From positions 4,542 through 68,541 of IMG/VR virus record IMGVR_UViG_3300034012_002457: a DNA stretch of 64,000 nt; one strand, given 5' to 3'. Positions 44,678-55,500 of this stretch are shown here, one piece after another (the stretch's first letter is position 1; the number at the start of each line of letters is the position of its first letter). This DNA comes from a virus. A program made the position numbers and the translations under genes. Under the pieces are notes generated by a model. The model was not told the DNA's origin, did no database searches, and was given only the letters and a program-made list of their open reading frames with translations.

Positions 44678-44941
44678 ATGACCAAAAAAGAAAAACAGGC
44701 CAAAGTGGCCAAAGTGATGCGTGAGTTTAAAGCTGGCACTTTAAAGGGCAGTGGTGGCGAGAAAATTAAAGACAGGAAGCGTGCGATTTCAATTGCCCTC
44801 TCGGAGGCCGGCATGAGCCGTCAGGGTAAGAGCGATGAATATTGGGACAATTATTTCATGACCCTCATTGGAGAAGAAGAAGAGGAAGAGGGTATGGAAG
44901 AAGAAGAAATGGAGGATGCGTCCTGCGGAAAAAAGCGCTGA
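44678..44941 (+). CDS. DUF6496-like small basic protein with acidic tail
   Basis: KVAKVMREFKAGTL..SGG.K...RK.AI.IALSEA. Confidence 0.7.
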   Translation: MTKKEKQAKVAKVMREFKAGTLKGSGGEKIKDRKRAISIALSEAGMSRQGKSDEYWDNYFMTLIGEEEEEEGMEEEEMEDASCGKKR

Positions 44942-45288
44942 GGGGTGACGCAGAAAGCTTCTCCCCTCCTGCTGGCGTTAGAAGCGCTGCTCGTCGTGGC
45001 CTGGAGCTTCGCAAGAAGCATGGAAAAGGCGGACTAACTACGCAAGAGGCCGGGAAGCAAGGCATTGGTAGCGGCGTGGCTCGCGCTAGTGATCTAGCTG
45101 GTGGTGGAGCCGTAAGCTTCGCCACAATTAAGCGTATGGCTGCTTTCTTTTCTCGCCACGAGAAAAACAAGAGCGGCGGAGAAAACGATGCTGGTTATAT
45201 TGCTTGGCTGCTATGGGGCGGCGATGCCGGTAGGGCGTGGGCAAATCGCATTATTAAGATGGTAGAAAGTCGTCAAAAAGACCAATGA
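44929..45288 (+). CDS. Head-associated domain, probably expressed by -1 frameshift from 44678
   Basis: PP.GV...A.RGL...G.ARA..L...RM..FFSRH...IAWLLWGGDAG domain lacks a good start; A AAA AAG at 44929. Confidence 0.65.
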   Translation, partial: KKALRGDAESFSPPAGVRSAARRGLELRKKHGKGGLTTQEAGKQGIGSGVARASDLAGGGAVSFATIKRMAAFFSRHEKNKSGGENDAGYIAWLLWGGDAGRAWANRIIKMVESRQKDQ

Positions 45289-45593
45289 GCGAATATGTGC
45301 GCGTCATCGAAGAAGAAGACGAAGGCATTGGTCTTTTGAAGGCGCTAGCCATTCTTTCCGCAAACGAACACCGCAATACTTCCCAGTGGGAACTCGTTGA
45401 AAAGCAATGCTTTAAGAATGGTCGCTTAGATGAAACTCACATCTATGTGATGAGTGTTTACGAAAAGCCCGACCCTCATTTTGACCCCACCAAGTTTCTC
45501 ACGTTTGAAATTGAGGCGATGGCTAAAGCTTATATCATGGAAGGCATTGAAAGTCAACTTAGCGAGCTTCGCGGAGATGACGACGAAGATTAA
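45285..45593 (+). CDS. Hypothetical acidic protein
   Basis: ATGA-coupled ORF. Confidence 0.6.
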   Translation: MSEYVRVIEEEDEGIGLLKALAILSANEHRNTSQWELVEKQCFKNGRLDETHIYVMSVYEKPDPHFDPTKFLTFEIEAMAKAYIMEGIESQLSELRGDDDED

Positions 45594-45871
45594 TGTCGCG
45601 TATGGGCGATAAAAGACGGATAGCCCATCAGCCATAACACGCTTATCCCATAGAGGCCGCTGAGGGTGCGAATTTGCACGCAGTCTGGCGGGACAGTGGC
45701 GCGTTCAATGCGTGAATAAGAGCTTTGACTGATATGGAGAATTTCAGCCACATCCTTTTGTGAAAGGCCGCTATTTAAGCGAGCGTCCTTGACACGCTGA
45801 GCAATGAGCAATCGCGCCTGCTGGTGCGGCATTTTAAGCACATCGGCGTTGCTCTTTGCCAGGAACATCAT
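45590..45871 (-). CDS. XRE-family HTH transcriptional regulator
   Basis: RVKDARLNSGLSQKDVAEILHISQSSYSRIE. Confidence 0.85.
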   Translation of the reverse strand: MMFLAKSNADVLKMPHQQARLLIAQRVKDARLNSGLSQKDVAEILHISQSSYSRIERATVPPDCVQIRTLSGLYGISVLWLMGYPSFIAHTRH

Positions 45872-45934
45872 AACGCTAGTCGAAATTGAATAAGCTTTTT
45901 TATTGTAATAACAATTTTTTGGTAAAGTATAAGC

Positions 45935-47131
45935 ATGAGCACCACATCTTGTCGGTACGATTTCTCGCCAATTGAGAAATACGAAATGACGCCAGAAGGC
46001 TATCTTCGGGCGTGGGCTTCGATTGCTCGCACTGGCATTCAGCTCTATACAGATGCTGATGGCTCTGTGCGGCGAGAGTATCGTCCAGAAACAGAAGTGG
46101 CGTCTCCCGAGAGTCTTGCTTCGTTTGCGGGCAAGGCAATCACTTCGGAACATCCCCCTGTTCTTCTTGATGCCGACAATACTAAAGACTACCAAGTGGG
46201 CTTTAGCGGCACTGAGATTGTCTATGACAATGGTTTCGTCAAGGCCGTGATGACAATCACGGACAAGGATGCCATTGAGCGTATTATGCGGGGAGATGCT
46301 CGTGAGGTAAGCGCTGGCTACAGGGTGAATTATGATCCCACGCCTGGCGTTACAGAAAGTGGCGAAAATTACGATGGCATCCAAAAGGAGATCATCGGCA
46401 ATCACATCGCTATTGTTCGTCGGGGCCGCGCTGGCCCGCAAGTGAAGCTCCATCTTGATCGCCAAGATGCAGCCGATCTATCTTTATTCTCTACTACAGG
46501 AGACCATCTAATGACTGCAAAAGTCGTTTTCGATGGCGCCGAGTTTGAGGTGACGGAGAGCGTTGCTCTTGCGATCACCAAAGAACGTGAAGACGCCAAA
46601 ATGTCCTACGAGGACATGAAGAAAAAATACGACGAGCTGCAGGCCGCTGCCGATTCCATGAAGTCCGAAATGGACGCCATGGCTAAGGAAATGAAGGGCA
46701 AGTGTGATTCCGCTGAGGGTCGCGCCGATGCTCTGGCCGAGCACGTTGAAGAACTGAAAGGCGAACTGGCTGCCGCCAAGGAAATCAATCTTGATTCCAT
46801 GGTTGAAGAGCGTCTTGCTCTGATTGAAAAGGCTAAGCCCGTCCTGGATGCCGCTTATGAATTTAGCGGCAAGGAAGCCCGTGAGGTGATGGTGGATGCC
46901 ATCAAAGCCGTGCGTGGCGACAGCGTTGACCTGGCTGAAAAGTCTGACGACTATGTTCAAGCCATGTTTGACACTCTGGCCGAATCGTCCCGTGATGATT
47001 CTGTTGCCACTGATGAGCTGCGTAAAGCCGTAGCTTCCATTGCCTCTCCCATGAGCGCACCGTCTTCCTACATGGAAACGCTGCAAAATGCATGGAAGAA
47101 GCCCCTCTCCATCTCTAAGGAGGCTAAGTAA
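45935..47131 (+). CDS. DUF2213 prohead protease/scaffold
   Basis: TPEGYL, ARTGIQ.Y, IT.EHP, EVSAGY, NHIAIV.RGRAG; coiled-coil C-terminus. Confidence 0.88.
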   Translation: MSTTSCRYDFSPIEKYEMTPEGYLRAWASIARTGIQLYTDADGSVRREYRPETEVASPESLASFAGKAITSEHPPVLLDADNTKDYQVGFSGTEIVYDNGFVKAVMTITDKDAIERIMRGDAREVSAGYRVNYDPTPGVTESGENYDGIQKEIIGNHIAIVRRGRAGPQVKLHLDRQDAADLSLFSTTGDHLMTAKVVFDGAEFEVTESVALAITKEREDAKMSYEDMKKKYDELQAAADSMKSEMDAMAKEMKGKCDSAEGRADALAEHVEELKGELAAAKEINLDSMVEERLALIEKAKPVLDAAYEFSGKEAREVMVDAIKAVRGDSVDLAEKSDDYVQAMFDTLAESSRDDSVATDELRKAVASIASPMSAPSSYMETLQNAWKKPLSISKEAK

Positions 47132-47133
47132 TT

Positions 47134-47694
47134 ATGGCCGTAACTTTCTCCGCCTCGGGCACTGCCTCCGCTGGTGGTGTGCAGCAGGCTTATGCCCTGA
47201 CTCACACCGCCTATCTGGAAGGCGGTCTGTCTGACATCCGCGACAACACCATCTCCACCTGCGTTAACGAAACCGGCGCTGTTGTGCCTTTCGGTGACGT
47301 GGTGGTCTATAACAATGCCGGCACCGTTGCCAACTCTGCCGTTACCATCTCTGGCGCTTCTGACACCGTGCTGGGCATCAATGCTCTCACCTATGTGGAC
47401 GAGACCGCCGAAGACGCCAATGGCCGTCCTGGCGTTAAGGACGAGCAAGCCATGAACGTGGTGAACGAAGGTGCCGTGGCCGTCTACGTGACTGGCGCCG
47501 TCACCCCCAAGTCTGTGGTTCGCGTGCTGTATTCGGCAAGCGGCACTGGCAAGGCTGGTCAGTTCTCGCACGCTTTCGCCTCGGGCAAAACTGTCCGCCT
47601 GGCCAACGCTCGTTTCCTCACCTCCACCACTAGCAGTGGTATTGCCCTGCTGGAGCTGAATGGTCCGAGCTTCACCCTCTCTGCTGATTCTTGA
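47134..47694 (+). CDS. Head decoration/cement protein
   Basis: Between scaffold and capsid; VPFG..V, G.VAV. Confidence 0.75.
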   Translation: MAVTFSASGTASAGGVQQAYALTHTAYLEGGLSDIRDNTISTCVNETGAVVPFGDVVVYNNAGTVANSAVTISGASDTVLGINALTYVDETAEDANGRPGVKDEQAMNVVNEGAVAVYVTGAVTPKSVVRVLYSASGTGKAGQFSHAFASGKTVRLANARFLTSTTSSGIALLELNGPSFTLSADS

Positions 47695-47709
47695 TAGGAG
47701 GCCCTACCA

Positions 47710-48612
47710 ATGTCTGAATTCCGTATGGATGAAGCGGGTCTGTTTCTTGAGCGTCAGCTTGAGTTCATCCGCCCCCAAGTGTTTGAAGTGCAGTATGCGG
47801 ATATCAAATATCCGACTGTGCTGCCCGTGACTTCTGAAGCCGGTCCTGGCGCTCAGACCTTCACCTACCGCATCATGGATGCCACTGGTGAGTTCAAGCT
47901 GATCGCTGATGCCGCTGATGATCTGCCCCGCGCCGACATCAGCCAGACCGAGAAGAGCATCAACATCCGTTCCTTCGGCGGTAGCTTCGGCTACACCGTG
48001 CAGGAACTGCGTGCTGCTCAAATGGCCAACATCGCCCTGGAGCAGCGTCGTGCTGCTGCCGTGCGTCGCGCTTACGAAGAGAAAGTGGAAGATCTTGCTT
48101 TCTTCGGTGAGAGCACCGTGGGTCTGTCTGGCTTCTTCAACAACTCCACCGTGGATGTGGTGGCCGCTGACAAGTGGTTCAGCACTGCCACTGCCCAGGA
48201 AATGCTGGAACTGCTGAACTATGGCGTGACTGCCATTATCAACGCTTCCAAAATGAAGGAGCAGCCCGACACCATTCTGATGGCTTGGGAAGATTACAAC
48301 AAAGTGAGCACCACTCGCAATTCCGATTCTTCGGACGTGACCGTGCTTGAGTACTTCCTGCGTACCAACCCTTACATCCGCAACGTTGAGCCCATCAACC
48401 AACTGGATGCTGATAACAGCGTGCTGAACACCAACCGCATGGTGGTGTACAAGCGTGATCCTGAGAAAGTGCAACTGCACGTTCCTCAGCCCCTGGAGCT
48501 GTTCCCCCCTCAGCAGCGCGGTCTGGAATTCATCGTTCCCGCCCATGCTCGCGTTGGTGGTGTGGCCCTGTACTATCCCAAGAGCGTTATCTACGTTCAG
48601 GCCAACGCCTGA
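47710..48612 (+). CDS. Major capsid protein (DUF2184 family)
   Basis: FLERQLE.I, DDLPRAD, YTVQELRAA, GFFN, GGV..YYP; strong codon bias. Confidence 0.9.
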   Translation: MSEFRMDEAGLFLERQLEFIRPQVFEVQYADIKYPTVLPVTSEAGPGAQTFTYRIMDATGEFKLIADAADDLPRADISQTEKSINIRSFGGSFGYTVQELRAAQMANIALEQRRAAAVRRAYEEKVEDLAFFGESTVGLSGFFNNSTVDVVAADKWFSTATAQEMLELLNYGVTAIINASKMKEQPDTILMAWEDYNKVSTTRNSDSSDVTVLEYFLRTNPYIRNVEPINQLDADNSVLNTNRMVVYKRDPEKVQLHVPQPLELFPPQQRGLEFIVPAHARVGGVALYYPKSVIYVQANA

Positions 48613-48665
48613 GGATAGTTAACAAGGAAGGGGCGTTAAGCTATTGACAATTGTTTTTTTGAACA

Positions 48666-49052
48666 ATGCTCATTGCTTATCGTCCCGAACTTGAAAATCC
48701 CCCTCGTGAGGCGGGCTTCGGAATTATCACTAGAACTGGTCTCATCCAGCTTGTTCCAGGACTGAATCAGGAAATCCCTGATGATAAATGGAGCGAAGCC
48801 AAGGAGAACATTGCAGTGAAGAAGCTCATGGCAATTGGGGCAATCGAAGAGATGAAAGAACAAGTGATGGTAGAGGATCTGCCTGAATCTGTTCAAAGTC
48901 TTGCCGAACTGCCCCTCACTCAAGCCATTCGCGCCATTGAACTCATCCATGATGCTGATCGCTTAGCTGATTGGAAGAAAATCGAAGGCCGAATTCGCGT
49001 GAGGAATGCTATTGCCAAACGCACTGAAGCCATTCGCATTGGAAAAGCTTAA
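48666..49052 (+). CDS. Head-tail region hypothetical protein
   Basis: Position after the capsid gene. Confidence 0.6.
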   Translation: MLIAYRPELENPPREAGFGIITRTGLIQLVPGLNQEIPDDKWSEAKENIAVKKLMAIGAIEEMKEQVMVEDLPESVQSLAELPLTQAIRAIELIHDADRLADWKKIEGRIRVRNAIAKRTEAIRIGKA

Positions 49053-49054
49053 TT

Positions 49055-49366
49055 ATGGCCGTCACCTACGCCAGTTTTTTGGACAGGTTTCCTGAATTCA
49101 CTCCCCATCCATCGGGGATTGTGAATGGTGCCATTACAGAAGCAACTTACGATGCCTCGGCTGACGTGTTTGGGGACCAAACTGATAGGGCAGTTAAGTT
49201 TTTAGCTGCTCATATTATTGCCGTACAACTTGCTCAGATGGGCATCCAAATTGGTGCCACTGACGGAAAAGTTTATGGTGAGGGGCTTGATGCTTCTCAA
49301 TATGGTCAAGAGTTTAAGCGTCTCTTGAATTCTCTTCCTTCAACTGCCGTTGGCTTTGTTATATGA
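49055..49366 (+). CDS. Head-tail adaptor (DUF4054)
   Basis: F..RFPEF...LAAH...SQYGQEF..L. Confidence 0.8.
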   Translation: MAVTYASFLDRFPEFTPHPSGIVNGAITEATYDASADVFGDQTDRAVKFLAAHIIAVQLAQMGIQIGATDGKVYGEGLDASQYGQEFKRLLNSLPSTAVGFVI

Positions 49367-49752
49367 GCAACCTTCTGGATCCACTTGCTAATGCCACTTT
49401 GGTATGGTATGTGGCTTCTGGCTATGTGCTTGATAGCGAAACCGGCAATTATGTGGCTGTTGCAACTGGCATTACTTATTATGCATCGTTGCGGCAAAAG
49501 CGTGCTCCGCAGTATGATCATCTTCTCGGAGCAGATCAAACGGCAGTTTACATGGAGGGGAGACTCACGTCTCCTCTTGCTTTTTCTGGAGTGACGCCTG
49601 GTGATTCTGCTCAGGCGACCATCAATGGAAGGGAAGGGCGTTTTGAACTATTGCCAAACGAGGAAATTGCTATTCATTATTGGCAATTCCTCGGCACGCC
49701 AATTAGGGGAATTTTTAGACTAATTGGCAAAGGAAGCGTGGACAACGCTTAA
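49363..49752 (+). CDS. Putative head closure protein
   Basis: Synteny. Confidence 0.55.
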   Translation: MSNLLDPLANATLVWYVASGYVLDSETGNYVAVATGITYYASLRQKRAPQYDHLLGADQTAVYMEGRLTSPLAFSGVTPGDSAQATINGREGRFELLPNEEIAIHYWQFLGTPIRGIFRLIGKGSVDNA

Positions 49753-49787
49753 TCACTTTCCCTTTTCATTGCTGAGGATTTCCTCTC

Positions 49788-50366
49788 ATGCTCTACCATC
49801 CCACTGAACTGGTAAAGAGCCAAGACGTGATTGTGCGCGTTGGCTCTATTGGCGGCACCACCCGTCCAGTTATCACCCAGAGCGGCGCCACCTTTACCGT
49901 GAGCGGTGCTCCTACGCTTTACACTCTGCAAGCTGCCACCACGGCCTCTGTGGCCTTCAATGATGGCAACCAAGAATTTTACCTGCTTGGCGGTGGCGGT
50001 TTCGCTGATAGCGTGATTACCACTTCGCAAGCTACGGCTTCTGTCACCTCCTACTTCCAGAAGGATGTTGATGGCACCACCTTCATCCCGAATAGCTTTG
50101 ACGAAGCTTTCCAGGTGATTAGCGCTTCGCGGTACGACAAGAACCATGAAGTGTATGTGGAAATTAACAAGCAGCTCGGCGTGAGTGGCACCACTTATTA
50201 CTATGACCGTGTGGCCTTCACCGCTTGTGTAATGAACTACAACGAGAGCTATCCGGCTGACAATCTTGTGGAAGTCACCTTCGACCTGACCAGCCGTGGC
50301 CGCATTGGTATCCACCAAAATGCCTCTGAAAGCGGTTCGATCATTCCGACTGCTCCTAATAGCTGA
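49788..50366 (+). CDS. Major tail tube protein
   Basis: Beta-rich; YNESYPADNLVEVTFDLTSRG; high-expression codon bias; followed by a terminator. Confidence 0.75.
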   Translation: MLYHPTELVKSQDVIVRVGSIGGTTRPVITQSGATFTVSGAPTLYTLQAATTASVAFNDGNQEFYLLGGGGFADSVITTSQATASVTSYFQKDVDGTTFIPNSFDEAFQVISASRYDKNHEVYVEINKQLGVSGTTYYYDRVAFTACVMNYNESYPADNLVEVTFDLTSRGRIGIHQNASESGSIIPTAPNS

Positions 50367-50390
50367 TTCACTTTCCATTGAAAGTTTGCT

Positions 50391-50417
50391 AGCCTCTCCT
50401 TACGGGGAGGCTTTTTA
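50391..50417 (+). terminator. Intrinsic terminator
   Basis: agcctctcc-ttac-ggggaggct followed by a T tract. Confidence 0.75.
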
Positions 50418-50419
50418 TT

Positions 50420-50830
50420 GTGAATATTTCTCAGCTCAGAGAGACTGTCACTGAGTTACTATCTGCATCTCCAAATTTGGTTGGTACTTATACCCTGCCA
50501 AATGGATCTACACTGCCTGCCGTTTATGTGGTTGGGCAACAGAGTGTGCCCAAGGAATGGAAAGTGAAGGGGCTAGAGGTGACAATGCGACAGTTTCCCG
50601 AGCTTATTTCTAGGTCTCCACTGGGGGGAACGACAAAAGTCACGCAAGTTTGGGAAGTGATTTTAGTACAATATACGCCTAATGATAATGCGATTGCTTT
50701 GGCTATGGATAGGATGATCAGAAGGTTCCCTGATGCCACACCAAGATATTTCCCTGGCGATGACGTGGCATACGAGCGCTGTAGGTTTATGGTGCCCGAT
50801 CTTATTCTTCGACCATTGATTGCATCATGA
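50420..50830 (+). CDS. Putative tail terminator protein
   Basis: Synteny; GTG start. Confidence 0.5.
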   Translation: MNISQLRETVTELLSASPNLVGTYTLPNGSTLPAVYVVGQQSVPKEWKVKGLEVTMRQFPELISRSPLGGTTKVTQVWEVILVQYTPNDNAIALAMDRMIRRFPDATPRYFPGDDVAYERCRFMVPDLILRPLIAS

Positions 50831-51282
50831 GCGGCGTCATTGTCGGCGGCAGTATTATCAATGCAAAAATTTTAGAGAAAAAACTGGCTCAAGCCTTTGA
50901 AACTTGGGCCGAGGAAGATTTGGACGACGGATATTTTGAAGATCAATTCAAGGATGATAAGTGGAATTATCCGGGTTATACGAGAAGAAAAAGCGGAGAG
51001 AATGCTGGTACTGTCCGTAATATTTATGACCTTGGGGAGCTTTATCAAAGCGGAAAAGATAGTTTCAAAATCACGCAAGGAGCCAACGACATCACTGCAT
51101 CGTGGAACTGGGACGCCAAGAATGACAGTGGGCGGGGCTATGCATGGTACGTCCACGAAGGACTGTCAACCAATTTAGAGCCAAGGCAGTGGACTGACGT
51201 GTTTCAGCAACGCAATTTATTCGATGGCAGCAATGTAAGCAAGGCGCTACGATCTCGCATACGCACAGCATTGAACAAATGA
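50827..51282 (+). CDS. Putative tail completion/neck protein
   Basis: R.IYDLGEL..S...YAWYVHEG...PRQW (HK97 gp10-like). Confidence 0.65.
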   Translation: MSGVIVGGSIINAKILEKKLAQAFETWAEEDLDDGYFEDQFKDDKWNYPGYTRRKSGENAGTVRNIYDLGELYQSGKDSFKITQGANDITASWNWDAKNDSGRGYAWYVHEGLSTNLEPRQWTDVFQQRNLFDGSNVSKALRSRIRTALNK

Positions 51283-51542
51283 AAACTGATTATTTATGGA
51301 GTGACGACAGAGCTGTCCATGCGATCAACAATACGATAGAAGGCACAGCGCTAGAGGCTGGAATTTTGTGTCTTATTTCCTGCAGGGAAGAGGCTGTTAG
51401 ACTTTCTAACGAAAATCATTCAATGCTGGTTGAAATTCCCAAAGAATTTCGCTCTTCCAATGAACGAGTGAAAGTATTCAACGCATTGTTAAACATCCTT
51501 GATCATGAGCAAATACAGCTTCCTAGTTCAGACCAAAGCTGA
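51279..51542 (+). CDS. Hypothetical protein
   Basis: ATGA-coupled ORF. Confidence 0.5.
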   Translation: MKTDYLWSDDRAVHAINNTIEGTALEAGILCLISCREEAVRLSNENHSMLVEIPKEFRSSNERVKVFNALLNILDHEQIQLPSSDQS

Positions 51543-52041
51543 AGACTATTTTGAACTGCTGCCGGATTTGCGTTTAAAAAAGTATGGCGGCTGGTTGGTT
51601 GCTGAGGCCATTGAACAAGAAGAAATCAGTAAATTACAAAGCCAGTCCACTATTCGCGCCGTTCAATTAGCCAAGCGTATTGCATCAGCCAAAGGCGTTG
51701 GCCTAGATGAAGCGTTTAATCTGCTTCAAGGTGGTGGCAGTTCTATTACGGAGGCAGAGCTACTGGCAGACTATACGGAGGAAACACTGAGCATGATTAC
51801 CAGCGGATCATCTGTCGAGAGTACAAATGCTCGCATGGTCACTGCTTTTATTCGCTCTCGTGGGCAAGGCATGGTTGATGGCGAGTGGAGTGATCTTGCT
51901 GATTGGGAATTGGATGATACAAAAGCGTTGCCACGTAAATATATCGCTAAGGTGGTAGAATTTATTGCTGCAGAGCAAAATGCAGAAATGCAGGAGGCTG
52001 CAACGGAAAAAAAAGCAGCGAAGAGGGTTTCTCCTCAATAG
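51505..52041 (+). CDS. Tail assembly chaperone (gpG-like)
   Basis: Upstream of the tape measure; slippery A8 run at 52007. Confidence 0.75.
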   Translation: MSKYSFLVQTKAEDYFELLPDLRLKKYGGWLVAEAIEQEEISKLQSQSTIRAVQLAKRIASAKGVGLDEAFNLLQGGGSSITEAELLADYTEETLSMITSGSSVESTNARMVTAFIRSRGQGMVDGEWSDLADWELDDTKALPRKYIAKVVEFIAAEQNAEMQEAATEKKAAKRVSPQ

Positions 52042-52481
52042 CTGAACGGCAAGAAAGTCTTGCCAGAAAACAATTGAAAAATTTGACAGACTGGAACGAG
52101 ATTTATTTTCGTCTTTCATCGTCGGACATGCATGATCCTCGATGGAATGCAGACCAATTTGGCTTACAGCCTATTGACGACGTAAAACGTGCATTGAAAT
52201 ATTTGGATAAACATGATATAGCAAAATACAATGTACAGAGCATTGCCATTGCAAAATTTGGCACAATGGCGGCTGGCATGATGGCTGGCAAAAAATCCAA
52301 GGTAAAGCCAGAAGATTTTCTGCCATTTGACACAAAATCAATCAAGAAAGACAATGGCTTGACAGATGCAAGCTTGATTGTTCTTCAGCGACTAATGAAG
52401 ACGCGAAAGATGGACGGAAGAGTGATTGCATTGCTGGCCGACGAAATGAAAACCTTTGCTGGACGTAATCAGGAGCAATGA
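52007..52481 (+). CDS. Tail assembly chaperone -1 frameshift extension (gpGT-like)
   Basis: -1 frame is open from the A8 run to 52481. Confidence 0.75.
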
Positions 52482-52518
52482 TTATAGAATGAAGGGAAAA
52501 GTAATCGTATAAAGTAAG

Positions 52519-55500
52519 ATGGCAGCTCAAGACGCCGAACTGAAGCTTAAGGTAAGTCTTGACCTGGCGTTTTTTAGGCAACAACTAATAGGACTTGGCC
52601 AAGCTGCAGCGGGTTACAAAATTCCCGTGCAGGTTCAATTTGATAGGCGTAGTGTACAGAACGAACTTAATGCGCTAGGAAGAAATATTAGCCAAAGAAC
52701 ATATCGCCTTGAAGTTGCGACTAATTTAGCGGCAGAAATTAAAAATGCTGGCACCCTCGCGAAGGCATTGCGAGGACTAGATAATGCTGTTCAGAAAAAT
52801 AAGGGAATTGCTAATCGAACGGTTACTGGGCAAGCGGTTGGCACGGTAGACGCAAGCTCTTTTTCGGCAATGCTCAATAGAGCGACAAAGCCTGCGTTAG
52901 AGGCGCTGTACCAGGCAATGGCGAAGGCGAAAATTCCCATGGCCGATGTTGGGCGCGGAACCGTCAATGAATTAAGAACTTCAATAATTAGCGGCGTCCC
53001 CGCAATAACACGAGACATCGCCCAAGGATTGGCAAATGGTTTAGACCCCAAGCTCAAAGAAAATGGGCGCGAAGGCGCAAAGTCCTTTATTGATGCATTT
53101 AAGAGCGCAACTGGCATTGCATCGCCATCCAAAATATTTAAACAACTTGGCGAATTTAGTGCTGATGGCTTGGAAATTGGTTTCCTAAATGGCTTAAGAG
53201 AGTTCAAGGGCAAAGCTGTCGCTGAAATCAAGAAAATTGTTGCTCTAATGAAGTTGGAACTCGCTTCTGTGGGTGACGTGAATCTTAGGGCCGGAATAGG
53301 GGGCGCTCGGGGTAATGTTCGCGGTGGAGTTCAGTATATGGGGCCAATAGGGCCACTTCCTCTTGGCAGCGCACAGCCATGGGCACGTGGTGATCGAGGG
53401 ATGTATGGCGGTGGCGGATATGAGCCTTATATGGCTACGCAAGGTTTTGGAGCAGGTGGAAGAGGCGCTTCAAATGCCAGAAGTGTGTTTGCTTCTCCTT
53501 CTATGCTTGGCCTGGGTCAACTGGCATTACCGGCTGCAGGTCAAACTTCTGCCAGCATTTCTCAGCAAGCCCGTATTGCCCAGGCATATGCGCGATCTAG
53601 CGAGCGCGGTGCGTCTGTCTTTGGCGAAGATATTTATCGTCAAGGGCTAAGAACAGCAGCCGGACAAGTGCCAATGGGTGGCGGACGCTTCTTGCCTCCT
53701 GGCGGTGGTGGAGGTGGAGGACCGAGTGGGGGTGCGGGTGGTTTTGGTATGGGAGACTTTGGTCGTGCCATGGGAGGTATTAATCTTCCTGGCGCAGGGA
53801 CTATTCGCGAGCTTGGTAGTGAATTCGGCTTTGCTACTAAACAAGTTTTATTGTTTGGACAAGCTTATAAATTGTTAGGCTTTGCTCAAGATTTACCCTC
53901 CCAAGTTGGCAATGCCGTAAGTAAATTACAGAGCTTCAGAAATACTTTATCCTCTATAACTGGCAGCGCAAAAGAAGCTGGTCAAGCAAATCAATTTATC
54001 CTTGAAACCGTAGATAAATACAATATTCCATTGCAATCTGCTCGCGATGGTTTCACAAAGCTATTTGCTTCCATGGCACCCGCTGGATTTTCGGCAGGTG
54101 AAATTCAAGATTTATTTTTAAGCATAAGTAAAGCAGCGGCTACTTTTGGCATGAGTGCCGACAAAGTGGATCGCGTTAACTATGCTTTTGCTCAAATGGC
54201 TAGTAAGGGCCAGGTGATGAGCGAGGAACTAAAAGGACAATTAGGCGATGTGCTGCCTGGTGCTATGGGCATTTTCGCAGAAGCTGCTGGGTTTAAAGGT
54301 CCAGATGCTATTCAAAAATTTGGCAAAGCGTTGGAAGACGGCGCGTACAAAGGACAAGCGATGCGTGATTTGTTAAAAAATGTCACGATCGTAATGAATA
54401 AAGAGTTTGGTCCAGGCGCAGAAGGTGCTGCGAGAACTTTCCAAGGTGTTATCAACCGCATGCAAAATTCAACTCAGCTTTTTTATGAAAGCTTTGAGCC
54501 GGTTGCTGTGGGTTTTCTTAATAGTGTTGTTGTTCCCATTACAAGCGGCATCAAGACAATTACCGATGGTTTTACCGCCTTCCTTTCAGGCACTCAAGCG
54601 CAAACAGCGGGCGGCTCGGCATTCGCAGCGCAGTTAAAAGAATTAAAGCCAGCGTTTGATGGAATTCAGAGAAATATTCAATCTCTATTGCCCATTTTCT
54701 CTCAATTTGGTCAAATATTATTGCAAGTTAGTAAGTTCCTGATTCAAATTGCTGGCAATCCCGTTGTCGGATATTTAGCAAAACTTTACCTTGTTGCGCT
54801 TCCCATCAATTTAGTTTTTGGACGCATTGCTACAACCATTGGCTCGGTCTATGCCTCGATGACAACATTAAATGTTGGATTACTGGCAGGGGCTCAACGG
54901 TTCAAGACTGTTGACATGGTAATGAAAGGTTTTAATTTAACGGCTGGTCAAGCAACGGGTGTTTTAAGGGGTATTGCACCGGCGCTAAATGCTGTGACGC
55001 TTGGGCTAAGAGCTTTTGGCGCTACGGCAATTTTGGCTGGTATTTCATTGGTTATTGAGCGAATTATGTCCCTCAAGGGAGCTGTTGACAGCGTGCGCCA
55101 ATCCACGCAAATGATGCTTGCGAGTATTTCGTCAATGGCAAATAGTGGCGCAGTCCGAGAACTGAAAAATCTGGGCAAAGATATTGGAAAACAGGTTTCC
55201 ACTTTTGAAGGCTTGCGTCCTTTTGTTTCCGGCCAAGGTGGCAGAGGGCTTCCTGCTAAAAGATTGACGCCTCAAGCTGCCGCAACCATGGAGGAAATTG
55301 GGCTTGGAGGATTTGTCGGAAAAGATGTATTTGACAAACCATATGTCAAAGACTTTGTAAATGCTTCAAGAATTATTGAAGAACGACTCATATCTCTTCG
55401 TAAATCAGCAGCTTCTGTCAAGGAGAAACTGCCCTTGGCGGAACAAGCTGCTGCCGATCTGGCCAAGCAAACCAAAGCCCCAGAAATCACACCAATTACC

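Noticed and set aside
45590-45871. Lysogeny module
   Set aside because: Lone XRE gene; no integrase, att site or cI/cro switch seen, though the genome is not fully in the window
45872-46465. Long N-terminal extension of the XRE ORF, and other long antisense ORFs (e.g. 47704..48546, 31438..32289, 62463..63323)
   Set aside because: Shadow frames of well-supported opposite-strand genes
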